From assembly GCF_009914755.1 (NCBI RefSeq), contig NC_060925.1: DNA of 64,000 nucleotides; one strand, given 5' to 3'. Shown piece after piece: positions 24,859 through 49,764 of the stretch. Within the stretch, counting starts at the first letter, position 1; every line of letters begins with the position of its first letter. A model generated the notes under the pieces. It saw nothing but the letters and a program-made list of their open reading frames with translations. It had not been told where the DNA came from and did no database searches. The translations under genes were made by a program, and so were the position numbers. The stretch comes from the human T2T-CHM13v2.0 reference genome, Homo sapiens.

Positions 24859-25566
24859 CTATAATGAGAAAATGTTTTCCTCATTTTTGGCAAAGACAAA
24901 TTATGACTTTTACTTACATATAGACTTCAGTATAATCCCGAAGAGATTACATGCAAATAAATGACAACTACGAATCAACAGTCTGCCTAACTTCTAATTA
25001 GTCTAAAATCGTCCACAATACTCCTCTCCAAAATGAACCAGGCACTCAAAACGTAACTAGATATTCTAGAAGATATAACCTAATGTTAGCCCTGTTTCTG
25101 ACTCTGAGGGACTCAGCATGTAGCAAAGTTTACACTTACCACATCTTCCATATTGCTTAGATATTAGGTATAAAAATACTTTGAAATTTCTAATTTTGGC
25201 TCTGGTAAAATGACATGAAGTTTGGGGAAAAGAACTTATAATATTAAATTAGCATGAAATAACATCCAGGTCTTCCACCTTCTAGTAAAGTGCTCCTTCC
25301 TCTACTTCACATGGAATCAGAGAACCAAAGCCAAAATAAAGGAAAAAATAAAACAGGAAAAGAAAAAAAAAGTCTCAAAATCAGAGGCAGTGAAACTTAC
25401 TCGACCCATATAAGTGATAATTTGTTTTTTGAATTCTAAAAACAACAGAGCCATTTAGCTTTTAGCCCAAGAATATCTGTAGAAACTATTCATACTCTTA
25501 CACCTTATCAAAAGTTAGAATTATGTTTTATCCTAACTGTGAATATATTTAAATGGACTTATATCG

Positions 25567-26985
<1,419 letters not shown>

Positions 26986-27158
26986 CTATATACAAGCAAT
27001 TAGCAGGAATTATAAAGATCTAGGAAGTACAAACCTGTTCCAGGAATCGCTCTAACAATTATCTGTCTCTATCCAGACTAAGCTCTTTGTTGATGGTAAG
27101 AGAATATAACTTTCTTATCCTTAATATACGAAAATAAGATTTAGATTTGGAAGCTTAC

Positions 27159-27317
27159 CAGGATCTGTACTTCATCAGAGAGTTCCAACAAATTCCCCTC
27201 AAACTGCCCAGAGGAACTGTTCATGCAGTGAACAGTGACCTTGATACTGGTCCTGCCTGCTGCTTTTGTATGGACAACCATGGCAAAGTTATGCTCTACT
27301 GGGAGCTGTAGAAAAAC
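27159..27317 (-). CDS. NUP210L: NUP210L coding exon, 159 bp: VFLQLPVEHNFAMVVHTKAAGRTSIKVTVHCMNSSSGQFEGNLLELSDEVQIL
   Basis: ctag| acceptor, CTG|gtaag donor; phase 0-0. Confidence 0.92.
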
Positions 27318-27424
27318 CTAGACAGTGAAGGGATAGATTAAGAAATATTCATCAATAAACATGGTGTCCTTCCTTTTTTTTTCACTTTTTTAATATTAAA
27401 TTTTTTTTTAAATTAAAAATAAAA

Positions 27425-27879
<455 letters not shown>

Positions 27880-29653
27880 TAGGTATACATATTTATGGGG
27901 TACATGAGATACTTTGATACAGGCATAGAACCTGTAATAATCACATCAGGGTAAGTGGGGTATGCATCACCTCAAGCACACTTTAAGTTGAAACCTTTTT
28001 TGGTTTTTTTTTGAGACAGGGTCTTGTCCTGTTGCCAAGGCTGGAGTGCAGTGGTGAAATCATGGCTTCCTGTGGCCTTGACCTCCTGAGCTCAAGCAAT
28101 CCTCCCACCTCAGCCTCTCAAGTAGCCGGGACCACAAGCATGTGCCACCATGTGCCAATTAGTCCAGCTAATTTAAAAAAAATTCTTTTTTCTAAAAACA
28201 GGGTCTCCCTACGTTGCCCAGGCTGGTCTCAAACTCCTGGGCTCAAGTGATCCTCCTGCCTCAGTCTCCTAAAGTGTTGCAATTACAGGCGTGAGCCACT
28301 GTGCCCAGCTGCATTTATCCTTTCTGTTACAGACACAATTATACTCTCTTAGTTATTTTAGTTTATTTTGAGATGGAGTCTTGTTCTGTTGACCAGTTTG
28401 GAGTGCAATGGCATGATTTCAGCTCACTGCAACCTCCGCCTCCTGGGTTCAAGCAATTCTCCCTGTCTCAGTCCCCCAAATAGCTGGGATTACAGGCGCC
28501 TGCCACTATGCCCGACTAATTTTTGTATTTTTAGTAGAGACAGGGTTTCACCATGTTGGCTAGGCTGGTCTCGAACTCCTGACCTCAGATGATCCACCCA
28601 CCTTGGCCTCCCAAAGTGCTGGAATTACAGGTGTGAGCCATTGCACCTGGCCTAGTTATTTTAAAATATACAATAAGTTATTGTTGACTGTATTCACCCT
28701 GTTGTGCTATCATATACTAGATCTTATTCATTTAATCATTTAATCTAACTATATTTTTGTACTAATTAAGCATCCCCACTTCCCTCCCACCCACCCACTA
28801 CGCTTTCCAGCCTCCAGTAACCATCATTCTACTCTGTCTCCATGAGTTCAATTGTTTTCATTTTTAGCTCCCACAAATAAGTGAGAACATGCGAAGTTTG
28901 TCTATCTATACTTGGCTTATTTCACTTAACATAGTGTCTCCAATTCCATCATCCATGTTGTTGCACATGACAGGATCACATTCCTTTTTTTTTTTTTTTA
29001 AGACAGGGTTTCGTTCTGTTGCCCAGGTTGAGTGAGTATAGTGGCACAATCATGGCTCATTGCCACCTCAGTCACCAGGGCTCAAGTGTTTCTCCTGCCT
29101 CAGCCTCTCAAGTAGCAGGGACTACAGGCATGCACCACTGCGCCTGGCTAAATTAAAAAAAATTTTTTTTTTTGTAGAGACCGAGTCTCACTATGTTGCC
29201 TAGGTTGGCCACAAACTCCTGGGCTCAAGCCCTCCTCCCACCTTGGCCTTCCAAAGTGCTGGGATTACAGGTGTGAGTTACGGCGCCCAGCCATCTCATT
29301 CCTTTTTTATGGCTAAGTTGTACTCCATTGTGTATATACACCTCATTTTCTTTATCCATTCATCTGTTGATGGACACTTAAGTTGCTTCCAAATCTTGGC
29401 CATTGTGAATAGTGCTGCAATAAATATGAGAGAGCAGATACCTCCTTGATATAATGATTTCCTTTCTTTTGGGTATATGTCTAGCAGTGGGATTGTTGGG
29501 ATCATATGGTAGTTTTATATTTAGTTTTTTGAAAACCTCCGAACTATGCTCCATAGTGATTGTACTAATTTACATTCCCATCAACAGTATATGAGGGTTC
29601 CCTTTTCTCTACATCCTTGCCAGGATTCATTGTTGCCTGTCTTTCAGATATAA

Positions 29654-30191
<538 letters not shown>

Positions 30192-30200
30192 CTACATCTC

Positions 30201-30312
30201 AAAAGAAAGAAAGAAGAAAAGAAAAGAAAAGAAAAGAAAAGAAAAGAAAAGAAAGAAAGAAAAAAAGAAAGAAAGAAAAAGAAGGAAGGAAGGAAGGGAA
30301 GGGAAGGAAGGA
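30201..30312 (+). repeat. Polypurine (GAAAA)n/(GAAA)n/(GGAA)n tract from an Alu tail
   Basis: Directly visible. Confidence 0.95.
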
Positions 30313-32061
30313 AATATCTATTCCAATCTTTTGCCCATTTTAAAATCTGATTGTTACATTTTTTTCCTGTTGAGTTGTTTGAGCTGCTTATATAATAGAT
30401 GTTAATCCTTTGTTAGATGGATAGTTTGCAAGTATTTTCTCCCATTCTGTGGGTTGTCTCTTCACTTGGCTGATTGTTTCTTTTGCTGTGCAGAAGCTTT
30501 TTAATTTTATATGATCCCATTTGTCAATTTTTGTTTTGGTTGCCCATGTTTGTGGGGTATTACTCAAGAAATCTTTGCCCAGTCCAGTGTTCTGGAGAGT
30601 TTCCCCAATGTTTTCTTGTAATATTTTCATACTTTGAGGTCTCAGATTTAAGTCTTTAATACATTTTGATTTGATTTTTGCATATGGCGAGAGATGGGGT
30701 GTAGTTTCATTCTTCTGCATATGGATATCCAGTTTTCCCAGCACCACTGACTGAAGAGACTGTTTTTTCCGCAATGTGTATTCTTGGCACCTTTGTTAAA
30801 AGTGAGTTTCCTGCAGGTGTATGAATTTGTTTCTGGGTTCTCTATTCTGTTCCATTGGTCTATATGTTTGTTTTTATGCAAGTGTCATTGCTGTTTTGGT
30901 TACTATAGCTCTGTCATATAATTTGAAGTCAGGTAATATGAGTCTTCCAGTTTTATTCTTTTTGCTGAGGACGGCTTTGACTATTCTGTGTCTTTTGTGG
31001 TTCCATATAACTTTTACAATTATTTTTTCTATTTCTGTGAAGAATGTCACTGGTATTTTGATAGGGACTGCACTGAATCTGTAGATTACTCTGAGTAGTA
31101 TGGGTATTTTAACAATATTGATTCTTCCAATCCATGAACATGGGATATCTTTCCATTTTTTGTGTGTCTTCTTCATTTATTTTATTTATTTATTTTTTTG
31201 AGATGGTGTCTAGCTCTGTCCCCCATGCTGGAGTTCAATGGCATGATCTCAGCTCACTGCAACCTCTGCCTCCTGGGTTCAAGCAATTTTCATGCCTGGC
31301 CATGAATAATCTTTTTAATGTGTTGTTAAATTCAGTTTGCTAGTATTTTCATGAGGGTTTTTGCATCAATGTTCATCAGAGATCTTAGCCTTTAGTTTTC
31401 TTTTTTTGATAGGTCTTTGCCTGTTTTTGTTATCAGGGTAATACTGGCCTCATAGAATGAGTTTAGTTGTACTCTCTCCTCCTCTATTTTTCAGAATAGT
31501 TTGAGTAGGATTGGTATTAGTTCTCCTTTAAATGTTTGGTAAAATACAGCAATGAGACCATTAGGTCCTGGGCTTTGCCTTGGTAGGAGACTTTTTTCTT
31601 TTTTTGAGATGGAGTCTCACTCTGTCACCCAGGCTGGAGTGCAGTGGCATGATCTTGGCTCACTGCAACCTCTGCCTCCTGGTTCAAGTGATTCTCCTGC
31701 TTCAGCCTCCCGAGTAGCTGGAATTAGAGGTGCCCACCACCATGCCCAGCTAATTTTTGTATTTTTCGTAGAGATGGGGTTTCTTCATGTTGGCCAGGCT
31801 GGTCTGGAACTCCTGACCTCAAGTGATCCACCTGCCTTGGCCTCCCAAAGTGCTGGGATTACAGGAGTGAGCCACTGTGCCCAGACTGCTTTGCTGGGAG
31901 ACTTTTCATCATGGTGTTGATCTCATTACTTGTTATTGGTCTGTTCAGGTTTTGGATTTCTTCATGGTTAAATCTTGGTAGATTGTATGTATCTAGGAAT
32001 TTATCTATTTCTTCTAGGTTTTCCAATTTATTGGCTCATAGCAGCCTTAATGATCCTTTGA

Positions 32062-32223
<162 letters not shown>

Positions 32224-32490
32224 TGAGTAGCTAGGATTACAGGTGTGTACCACCATGCCTGGCTAATTTTTGTATTTTTAGTAGAGACGGGGTTTCACCA
32301 TGTTGGTCAGGCTGGTCTCAAACTCCTGACCTTGTGATCTACCTGCCTCGGCCTCCCAAAGTGCTGGGATTACAGGCGTGAGCCACCACGCCCAGCCAAT
32401 GTCTCTTTTTCCACCGCTGATTTTATTTATTTTGGTCTTCTCTTTTTCTTAGTCTGTCTAAAGGTTTGTCAATTTTGTTTATCTTTTTAA

Positions 32491-32893
<403 letters not shown>

Positions 32894-32964
32894 TGATCTG
32901 CCCACCTGGGCCTCCTAAAGTGCTGGGATTACAGGTGACCGGCCTCTACTTTTTTTTGATGTAG

Positions 32965-33123
<159 letters not shown>

Positions 33124-33527
33124 TGAGATTACAGGTACCTGCCACCGCGCCTGGCTAATTTTTTGTATTTTTAGTAGAGACAGGGTTTCACCATCTTGGC
33201 CAGGCTGGTCTTGAACTCCTGACCTCGTGATCCACCGGCCTCGGCCTCCCAAAGTGCTGGGATTACAGGCGTGAGCCACCGCGCCTGGCCTATGAACTTT
33301 TTTCTTAGTACTGCTTTCACTGTATCTCATAGGTTTTGTTGTGTTTCCATTTTCATTTGTTTCAAGAAATTTAAATTCTTAATTTATTCATTGACCCACT
33401 GGTCATTCAGGAGCATATTGTTTAATTACCCTGTGTTTGTATAGTTTCCAAAATTCCTCGTTACTAATTTCTAGTTTTATTCCATTGTGGTCAGAAAAAA
33501 CACTTGATATAATTTCAGTGTTTTTAA

Positions 33528-33857
<330 letters not shown>

Positions 33858-34853
33858 TGATCCACCCACCTTGGCCTCCCAAAGTGCTGGGATTACAGGC
33901 ATGAGCTACCGTGCCCAGCCAGAACATACATATTTTTAAGAGACAGGGTCTCGCTTTGTTGCTCAGGCTGGAGTGCAGGGGCACCATTATAGCTCACTGC
34001 TGGCTTGAATTTTTTGGACTTTTTTTTTCTTTTGAGACAGGGTCTCACTCTGTCACCTACGCTAGAGTGCAGTGGTGCAATCTTGGCTCACTGCAACAAC
34101 CTCTGCCTCTTGGGGTCAAGCCATCCTCCCACCTCAGCCTCCTGAGTAGCTTGGACTACAGGTGCATGCCACCACACCCAGCTAATTTTTGTACTTTTTG
34201 AAGAAATGCGGTTTTGACATGTTGCCCAGGCTGGTCTCAAACTACTGAGCTCAAACAATCTGCCCACCCTGGCCTCCCAAAGTGCTGGGAATTACAAGCA
34301 AGAGCCACAATGACTGGCCAAAATTTTTTTAATTTTTAAAAACTTGTTTTGTGGCCTGTCATATTGTCTATTCTTGAGAATGAGCCACGTGCTGAGTAGA
34401 TGAATGTGTATTCTGCAGCTGTTGAATAGAAGTTCTGTAAATATCTATTAGATCCATTTGGTCTATAGTGCAGAGTAAGTCCGAAGTTTCTTTGTTGATT
34501 TTCTGTCTGGATGACCTGTCCAATGCTGAAAGTGGGTTATTGAAGTCTCCAGTTAATGTTGTGGGGTCTGCCTCTCTCTTAAACTCTAATATTATTTGCT
34601 TTATATATCTGGGTACTCCAGTATTGGGTGCATATATATTTATAATTGTTATGTCCTCTTGCTGAATTGACCCCTTTATCATTATATAATGACCTTCATC
34701 TCTTTCTATAGTTTTTGTCTTGAAATCTATTTTGTCTAATGTAAATATAACCATTCCTGCTCTTTTTTGGTGCCCATTAACATGAAATATCTTTTTCCAT
34801 CTCTTTATTTTCAGTCTATGTGTGTCTTTATAGGTGAAGTGTGTTTATTGTAG

Positions 34854-35201
<348 letters not shown>

Positions 35202-35529
35202 TAGTCCATTTACATGCAATGTTATTATTGATAAATAAGAACTTTTCCTGCCATTTTGTTATTCGTTTTCTGGTTGTTTTGTGGTCTTCTCTTCCTTCTT
35301 TCCTTCCTTCCTGTTTTCCTTTTTGTGAAGGTGATTTTCTCCAGTGGTATGTTTTAATTTCTTGCATTTTATTTTTGTTTATCTGTTTTGGTTTATTTTA
35401 TCTTTTGAGACAGGGTCTTGCTATGTTGCCCAGGTTGGATTACAGTGGTGCAATCTGGGCTCACTGTGACTTCTGCCTCCCAGGCTCAAGAGATCCTCCC
35501 ACCTCAGCCTCCTGAGTAGCTGGGACTAG

Positions 35530-35943
<414 letters not shown>

Positions 35944-37175
35944 TGAGCTCAAGCAATCCACCTGCCTCAACCTCCCAAAGTGCTGGGATTATAGGTGTGA
36001 GCCAACGTGCCTGGCTTGTTGTAGGTTTTTTTGATTTGAGGTTACAATAATGCTTGCAAATAACATCTTATAACCTGTTACTTTAAACTGATGACACTTA
36101 ACACTGGTTGCGTAAACACACAAACTAACAAACAGGAAAGGGAAAACTAATAAAAACTCTGCACTTTATCTCTCCTGTTTTTTAACTTTTTGTCATTTCT
36201 ATTATATCTTATTATATTGTCTTTGTCTTGAAAATTTGTAGTTATTTTTAGTAGGTTCATCTTTTAGTCTTTCTACTCAAGATACGAGTAGTTTATACAC
36301 CACAATTACAGCGTTATAATATTCTGTGGTTTTCTGTGTACTTACTATTACCAGTGAGTTTTGTATCTTCAGATGATTTCTTACTGCCCATTAATGTCCT
36401 TTTCTTTCAGATTGTAGTATTCCCACTAGCATTTCTTGTAGGACAGGTCTGGTATTGATGAAATCCCTCAGCTTTTGTTTTTCTGGGAAACTTTTTTTTT
36501 TTTTTTTTAGATGGAGTCTTGCCCTGTTGCCCAGGCTGGAGTGCAATAGTGTGATCTCAGCTCACTACAACCTCCGCCTCCCGAGTTCAAGCGATTCTCC
36601 TGCCTCAGCCTCCTGACTAGCTGGGATTACAGGTGCCTGCCACCACACCCAGCTAATTTTTGTAGTTTTAGTAGAGACGGGGGGTTTCACCATGTTGGCT
36701 AGGCTGGTCTCGAACTCCTGACCTCAGACAATCCACCTGCCTCGGCCTCCCAAAGTGCTGGGATTACAGGCGTGAGCCACCGCACCTGGCCTGGAAACTC
36801 TTTATTTCTCCTTTGAAGGATAACTTCACTGGATATACTATTCTAGAATAAAAGTTTTTTCCTTCAGCACTTTAAATATGTCATGCCACTCTCTCTTGGC
36901 CTATCAGATTCCCACTGAGAAGTCATCTGCCAGACATATTTGAGCTCCTTTGTATATTGTTTCTTTTCTTCTGCTTTAGGATCCTTTCTTTATACTTGAC
37001 CTTTGGGAGTTTGATTATTGAATGTCTTGAGGTAGCCTTACTTGGGTTAAATCTGCTTGGTGTTCTATAACCTTCTTACATTGGAATATTGATATCTTTC
37101 TCTAGGTTTGGGAAGTTCTCTGTTATTATCCCTTTGAATAAACTTTCTACCCTGATTTCTCTATCTCTACCTCTT

Positions 37176-41704
<4,529 letters not shown>

Positions 41705-43294
41705 TTACATTAAATTGCATCAAACTAAGTACAGTTCCATTCTTCCACAATTCCAGTATAACTAGACTCTAGGAAGTCACAGACAGAAGATCTAACCACT
41801 AGAGTTTCCTTAAATTATAGGTTAAGGATATTTTTAGAAAGATTACAAATTTTTTTTTACTTTTTCCAAAGTTCTCTTTTCTTTTTAGCTGGCTGCCGAA
41901 ATATCCTCGTAATTCTAGCTCCTGTAACCCCTCTATTATCTCCCAAGATATAACTCTAATTCTTTGTTCTCGTGAGCACTGAATTGTGACCTACTGGGTA
42001 TCATGGCCCCATGTCCTTTTTCCTAAGGTAAAACCCAGATGTAGCTGGTTGCCACTGTACTCAGACCACCTTGGGTGAGTTTCATTTAGGTAAAATTTGT
42101 CGGCAGCAAACTTTACATAGTTTCTGCCAAACTTGCTTTTTTTTTGTCTTTTTCAGGTTTCAGTGTGAGGTTTAATACTATATGCATCAAAACATCAAAG
42201 CTTTTTTTCAGAGAAATATACTCTCAAGTTGAACTGTGGATATCCTAGATGTCTATCCTGAGGTCTTCTATGGTTCCAGATACAGCAGGTAGTGAATTGG
42301 GAGGAGCCAATACCACCAGATACCAAAGGGAACCATGGAGGGGCAGTTTAATTAATCACTGTTCTTAAACTTGTCGTTGATATAAGACACCCAGTCCAGA
42401 ATCAGCTGCCCAGTTGATAGGCGACTACAGCTCCGTGGTACCCATGGTGCCTGACATGGGAATCCAGTTCTTCCCCAATTCCAAGTAGGGTGGGCTGGGA
42501 GCATGCTAAACAAAGCAATGCCACCTACAGCCCTCTATATTTGCTTTTCTTACTATTAATGTAATCACCCAGCATGTAGCACAACCATGATTATGAATAT
42601 AATCAAATGTGTGTCTGAACATGATAAAAAATAAAAATTGTATATTTATTTTTTATACTTTATGCATATACTTTATATTCATAGTGTTACTCATCTAACA
42701 TAGTCATCTGCTCACAAATACAACATTACAACAACATTAATAAATACAATATTAAAAGAAAGATCACTTTTGAGAGCTCTTTCCAGCAAAAAATAAAAAT
42801 AAATAATCATACAGTATTATCTGCATACTCAAATTTGGATTCTTTATTGCTTTGCAGGTTTCCAGAGTTCAGAGTTCAGAGAACAGTAGGAAAAGTAAAT
42901 AAGTAATAATATTGTGTAGTTTAGGGAGTGAGTAATCAGTCTAAAACTTATGATAGGATGAGCATGGTGGCTCACGCCTGTAATCCCAGCACTTCGGGAG
43001 GTCACAGTGGGTGGATCACCTAAGCTCAGGAGCTCAAGAACAGCCTGGGCAACAAGGCAAAAACCCCATCTCAACAAAAAAGTACAAAAAATTAGCCAGG
43101 CATGATGGCATGTGCCTGTGGTCCCAGCTACTCGGGAGGCTGAGGTGGGAGGATCACTTTAGCCTAGGAGGTGGAGGTTGCAGTGAGCTGAGATTGCACC
43201 ACTGCACTCCAGCCTGGGGGACAGAGTGAGACCTCATCTCAAAACAAAAAGAAACTTATGATAAATTAAAATAAATTTAATATCAAGATCCCTA

Positions 43295-43480
<186 letters not shown>

Positions 43481-43544
43481 CTATATATTCTGCCCAGTTG
43501 CAATTATCAGAATAATGAGCCCTGAACAGAGCCATCATACTGAC

Positions 43545-43625
43545 CTTGGTAGCTGTGATGAGCCGAGTTGCAGCTGCAAGGATCCTAACAGCCCTTAGCT
43601 GAACAACTTCAATCTGTACTTCATC
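43545..43625 (-). CDS. NUP210L: NUP210L coding exon, 81 bp: DEVQIEVVQLRAVRILAAATRLITATK
   Basis: gcag| acceptor, AAG|gtcagt donor; followed by an 88-bp intron. Confidence 0.9.
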
Positions 43626-44150
43626 CTGCTCAACAGGGTGGAGAGCAAGCTTAGGCTAAGAGGGAGTTTCTGTGGGGTGGACAGAGATGCTTTTGATAAC
43701 TAGTTTGCTATTGTTTTTAACATTCAGTAAAAAACCTTGCCCATGCTTATTGCAGCACTATTCACAATAGCCAATATTTGGAGCCAACCTAAGTGTCCAT
43801 CAACAAACAAATGGATAAAGAAAATGTGGTACATATGTACAACAGAGTACTATTCAGCCATAAAAAGAATGAGATCCTGTCATTTGCAACAACATGGATG
43901 GAACTAGAGATCATTATGTCAAGTGAAATAAGCCAGGCATAGAAAGACAAAGATAAACTTCCCATGTTCTCACTTATATATTTATGGGAGCTAAAAATTA
44001 AAACAGTTGAACTCATGGAGATAAAGAATAGAATGATGGGCTGTGCACGGTGGCTCACGCCTGTAATCCCAGCACTTTGGGAGGCCGGGTGGATCACTTG
44101 AGGTTAGGAGTTCAAGACCAGCCTGACCAACATGGTGAAACCCATTTCTA

Positions 44151-44312
<162 letters not shown>

Positions 44313-44617
44313 TCAAAACAAACAAAAAAGTAGAACAATGGTTACCAGAGGCTGGGAAGGGCAGTGGGTGGGTAGGGGGGCTATGGGGATGATTAATGGG
44401 CAGAAAAATATAGTTAGAATGAAAAAGGGCTAGTATTTGATAGCACAGCAGGGTGACTACAGTCAACAATAAGTTATTGTTTATTTAAAAATAACTAAAA
44501 GAGTATAATTGGATTGTCTGTAACACAGAAAGGATAAATGCTTGAGGTGGTGGATACCCCATTTACCCTGATGTAGTTAATATGCATTGTATGCCTATAT
44601 CAAAATAACTCATATAC

Positions 44618-45108
44618 TGTTGGGAACAGGCCCCCAAATCTGGCCATAAACTGGCCCCAAAAATGGCCATAAACAAAATCTCTGCAGCACTGTGACATGT
44701 TCGTTATGGCCATGATGCCCACGCTGAAGGTTGTGGGTTTACCAGAATGAGGACAAGGAACACCTGGCCCACTCAGGGTGGAAAACTGCCTAAGGCGTTC
44801 CTAAGCCACAAACAATAGCATGAGCAATCTGTGCCTTAAGGACATGTTCCTGCTGCAGATAACTAGCCAAAGCCCATCCCTTTGTTTCATGTAAGGAATG
44901 CTTTTAGTTAATCTATAATCTATAGAACCAATGCTTATCACTGGCTTGCTGTCAATAAATATGTGGGTAAATCTCTGTTCATGGCTCTCAGCTCTGAAGG
45001 CTGTGAGCCCCCTGATTTCCCACTCCACACTCTATATTTCTGTGTGTGTGTCTTTAATTCCTCTAGTGCCACTGGGTTAGGGTCTCCACGACTGAGCTGA
45101 TCTCGGTA
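44618..45108 (+). repeat. 5' LTR (MER9-type), 491 bp
   Basis: Starts TGTTGGGAACAGG, ends TCTCGGTA (terminal CA mutated to TA); AATAAA at 44954-44959; gap-free alignment to 50677-51167. Confidence 0.93.
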
Positions 45109-45110
45109 AG

Positions 45111-45129
45111 TGGTGCCCATACGTGGGGC
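45111..45129 (+). promoter_or_regulatory. Primer-binding site for tRNA-Lys(CUU)
   Basis: TGGTGCCCATACGTGGGGC versus the tRNA-Lys1,2 complement TGGCGCCCAACGTGGGGC, 2 nt after the 5' LTR. Confidence 0.85.
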
Positions 45130-45258
45130 TCCAACCTGGGTCAAAGGGTCATTGGAGCGACGGTTGGAGAATGTGGAACTAAGCTGGAGGACACCTGAGT
45201 ACTCTTAAGCAATCCCTGTGGTGAGTAAGAAGGGGAGCTTGGAAGCATCAGGGTAACA

Positions 45259-45926
45259 ATGGAACAAGTGTGGGCTCTAGTTTGTTCCACCTTGGAACAT
45301 TTTCACACTGATGATGTGGAGGAAGGAAAGTATATCGAAATAACAGAAGAGGTGAAAGAGCAGGTTTGTTTGCCAGCTAAAGCTAAAGTGGCAAAGAGGA
45401 AGAGGTTCATCCCTACCCTTCTGCACCCCCTCCTTATTTTGAAGAAAAAGAGTGGCCTGACCCTCCAGATCTTTCTTTTCCAGAGGACACTGGGCAAAAA
45501 GTAGTTGCCCCAGTGACTGTTCAAGTAGCGCCTCAAGCAACCGCTCTCAGTTCTATTCAGGCAGGAATCCAGCAAGCTAGAAGAGAGGGTGATATAGAGG
45601 CTTGGCAGTTCCCTGTTAGGATACACCCCCCAGATCAACAAGGAAATATTATAGCTATGTTTGAGCTTTTTCCTTTTAAAATACTTAAAGAGTTTAAACA
45701 GGCCATTAATCAGTATGAGCCAGGTGTATGCCCGAAGTGTAAAAAAGGAAAACATTGGACTAATCAGTGTCACTCTAAGTTTGATAAAGATGGGAAACCG
45801 ATTTTGGGAAATGCCATGAGGGGCCTATCCTGGGCCCTGTTCCAAACCAGGGCATTTCTGGCTCAGGCCACTCCCTCACCCCTGTACAATGTCTGTCCCC
45901 CACCACAGCTGGTAATGCCGCAGTAG
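45259..45926 (+). pseudogene. gag: ERV gag remnant (frameshifted, most of capsid deleted, one CCHC knuckle left)
   Basis: ORFs 45259..45504 and 45513..45926: AWQFPV (CA start), [14 protein letters not shown], then directly [14 protein letters not shown]. Confidence 0.85.
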
Positions 45927-46721
45927 ATTTATGCTGCACAAAAGCTGTGAGTCTTCTGCCTGGGGAGCCCCAGCAAAAAGTACCTACGGGAGTCTGTGGA
46001 CCCTTGCCAGCGGGGATGATAGGATTACTTCTAGGTAGATCTAGTTTAAATTTAAAAGGAGTGCAAGTACATACAGGAGTCCTTGATTCATATTACAGTG
46101 GGGAAATTCAAATTGTTATATCTACTTCTGTTCCCTGGAAAGCAGAGCCAGGAGAGCGTATAGCACGGCTCCTGATTGTGCTGTATGTGGAAATGGGGAA
46201 AAGTGAAAAACAAGAGGATTTGGGAGCACAAATAAACAAAGCAAAGCAGCTTACTGGGTGAATCAAACTACTGATAAACATCCTCCCTGTGAAATAACTA
46301 TTCAGGGAAAGAAATTTAAAGGTTTGGTAGATACAGGAGTGGACATTTCAATCATTTCTCTACAGCACTGGCCATCTGTGTGGCCAATTCAACCCGCTCA
46401 ATTTAACATAGTTGGAGTTGGTAAAGCCCCTGAAGTATATCAAAGTAGTTATATTTTGCATTGTGAAGGGCCCAATGGACAACCTGGGACTATTCAACCA
46501 ATTATAACTTCTGTACCCTTAAATTTATGGAGAAGAGATTTATTACAACAATGGGGAGCACAAGTTCTAATTCCAGAGCAATTATATACCCCTCAAAGTC
46601 AACATATGATGCATGAAATAGGGTACGTCCCTAGTATGGGACTAGAAAAATACTTGCAGGGTTTGAAGGAACCGCTTCAAACAGAAAGAAAAGTTCCTGC
46701 CAAGGGTTTAGGATATCATTT

Positions 46722-46725
<4 letters not shown>
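45806..46725 (+). pseudogene. pro: ERV pro remnant: dUTPase + aspartic protease + G-patch, frameshifted near 46205
   Basis: GLLLGRSS, GVLDSYYSGEI and GFGST dUTPase motifs; LVDTGVD active site (46330); LWRRDLL (normally GRDLL); [20 protein letters not shown]-patch. Confidence 0.88.

Positions 46726-49764
<3,039 letters not shown>

Noticed and set aside
27164-27177. Identical GATGAAGTACAGAT (DEVQI) in two exons (also about 43612-43625)
   Set aside because: Explained by the repeated Ig-like strand motif of the gp210 family or by chance; too short to imply a recent duplication.
44801-45028. Pair of near-identical 75-aa minus-strand ORFs (also 50860..51087)
   Set aside because: The antisense frame of the two LTRs; the duplication is explained by LTR identity.
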